Positions 62,191 to 64,000 of a stretch of 64,000 bases of DNA are shown here, piece after piece (position 1 is the stretch's first letter; each line of letters opens with the position of its first letter). Under the pieces are notes generated by a model. The model searched no databases, had not been told where the DNA came from, and saw only the letters and a program-made list of their open reading frames with translations. Both the position numbers and the translations under genes were made by a program. Origin of the DNA: Anthoceros angustus (lineage: Eukaryota; Plantae; Anthocerotophyta); NCBI GenBank assembly GCA_010909165.1, contig MU008177.1, forward strand, positions 992,001 through 1,056,000. Reading direction: 5' to 3'.

Positions 62191-64000
62191 ATACGCTTGG
62201 CCTTGGTTGCAAATCCTCATTTTCACGCCCACTAAACAAACATGGAGATTCAACACCACTATGTTAGAGATGTGGTGGAGCATGGAGTTGTGCAAGTAGG
62301 CTATGTGCACACGATGAGAATAGCTGCGATGTGTTGACCAAGGGCTTGGCAAGCTATAGACACTACAAGCACCTATCAAGCTTAGGCCTAGATGACTACA
62401 CAAAGTATTTTGATGGTAAGTAACTTATCCGGTGGTGGTTGGGTGGGCAGAACCCAAAGGTTTACTCGAGAAGTCATCAGTGGTTGTACTCTCACACCGA
62501 GGGTATAGGTGGAGCCGCACATAACCGGTGACTAGGGTTTACATCGTGTGTCATGTCGGTCCAAGCTACAAAGGAGATAAACTGTGCGGGAGGATGAAGC
62601 TCACCATAGGATCTAATCTCCCCGTAGCACGGCATCCATCTTACAATCGTGAGGCTTGCAGTCATGCTCAATCTTGACAAGGCGTTACGCCGGCAGCTAG
62701 ATGCTCCACCAAGAATTTCGGTCCCATGGCCACTTTTAACTTGGCGCCTAGGACGTGGGAGATGCGTTCTTGAGTATGCCGATTCCTGGAGTCTCTTGCT
62801 CTTCCCGACTACTCACTGCACCCCGGTAAGGAATATGGTTAGCGATGGAAGCTTCTCACACTTGCACCAAGTTCCAGCTGTGAGGCACGGTGTGCCCGGG
62901 AGGCGACTATGCGCTAACGGTTGCCTTTTAGTTTGAGGCTTCTTCCCCCTCTTCCCTTTGATACACCTCGTAGCACTCATAGCTAGCGCCTCCCTAGTCT
63001 TCATGGCTTTATCCCCGTGCATGCATGCGGTGGTCGAGAATGTAAACGCAGCAAGGGCTTAGGGCAAGATGTGGCGAAAAACACGAGTGCGAGTGCGAGA
63101 GTGTTTATGGTGGGGACTTCTGGCGAGGGCAGGCGTCTTTGAGGCTGGCGGTGAGCTCTCGTTTGAACCAAGATGCAGCGGCCTCTGACACGGGCCCCTG
63201 GCCGCAAGTGTGCCCTTCTCGCTCCTACTCGCTTCAAGGATGAGCTGCATGGGAGCAGCACTGGCTCTTCAAGGCATCCGAGACGGCACAGTGGGACGTA
63301 ACGTGTTCACGATAGTTTGAACACTTAGCCTAAGCTTTCCTTTAGAGGAGTGTTAAATATGAAAGGGTACAAGTTAGGGTCACTTATATGAATTGTCATT
63401 AAGGTTATGTATATAAAGCAGAGACATAAACAATTTTGTTTAATTGCTTTCAATTATTGCAAGTTGCTTTTTGTGTTTTCTCCTCGCTCCTTTGGACAAG
63501 AGTTTCACAAGCTTGAACACCTTTTATGCATCAAGTGTGTGATCATTGGCCCAAGGAAAGTTTTCATCCCACAACAAGAGGGAGAAACCCAGGATATTCG
63601 TAGCTTGAAGGGCGAAAAACACGGTCGCGAGAGTGCGAGAGTGTTTATGGTGGGGACTTTACCGAGCAGCGTGCCGGGAGTCGGGTGAGCTCTTCTCGCT
63701 TGCGAACCAAGACAGGCCGGCCTCGACGGGCCCCTGCGCCGCAAGTGTGCCCTTCATCGCTCCTACCGCTTCAAGGATGAGCCGTGGAGCAAACTGCTTC
63801 AAGGCATCCAGTGACTATAAGTACACTGCATGGGACGAATGTTTCACGATGGTTTGAACACACTTAGCCCAACGTAGCTTTCCTTTAGAGGAGTGTTAAA
63901 TATGAAAGCACAAATTAGTTAGGGTCACTTATATGAATTGTCATTAAGGTTATGTATATAAAGAGACATAAACAATTTTGTTTAATTGCTTTCAATTATT
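62190..64000 (+). mobile_element. Second and partial third copy of the Copia 3' region (LTR starts at 63351 and 63894)
   Basis: Repeats 57670-59510; AGAGGAG|TGTTAAA occurs twice. Confidence 0.8.

Overview
Plant nuclear DNA, most likely a hornwort or other seed-free plant (inferred from TTTAGGG telomere repeats and GRP-ending DYW:KP PPR genes). Frequent 1-2 bp indels and short-microhomology jumps suggest an unpolished, partly mis-assembled long-read region. The core of the window is a minus-strand tandem cluster of PLS-class PPR genes: 4 reach the C-terminus and 3 are N-terminal fragments. They end in a variant DYW:KP deaminase domain (KPAVA...HAEKLA...CSDCH...CSCxGRP), the class linked to U-to-C organellar RNA editing. 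Every copy that retains the region also carries an N-terminal OSB-type 'PDF' ssDNA-binding motif, and the arrays are built from near-identical 306-bp P-L-S units. The cluster sits among retroelements: Penelope-like RT elements with no C-terminal endonuclease, one of whose 3' hammerhead ribozyme cleavage site runs directly into telomeric repeats; three Copia elements sharing an antisense hydrophobic+MKTR(S/G)G ORF just inside the PPT; chromovirus-like Gypsy fragments; a Tad1-like LINE with RNase H and a 13-bp TSD; a CRE-like RT remnant; and DUF7869-like transposase remnants. Many boundaries are approximate because the sequence is degenerate.
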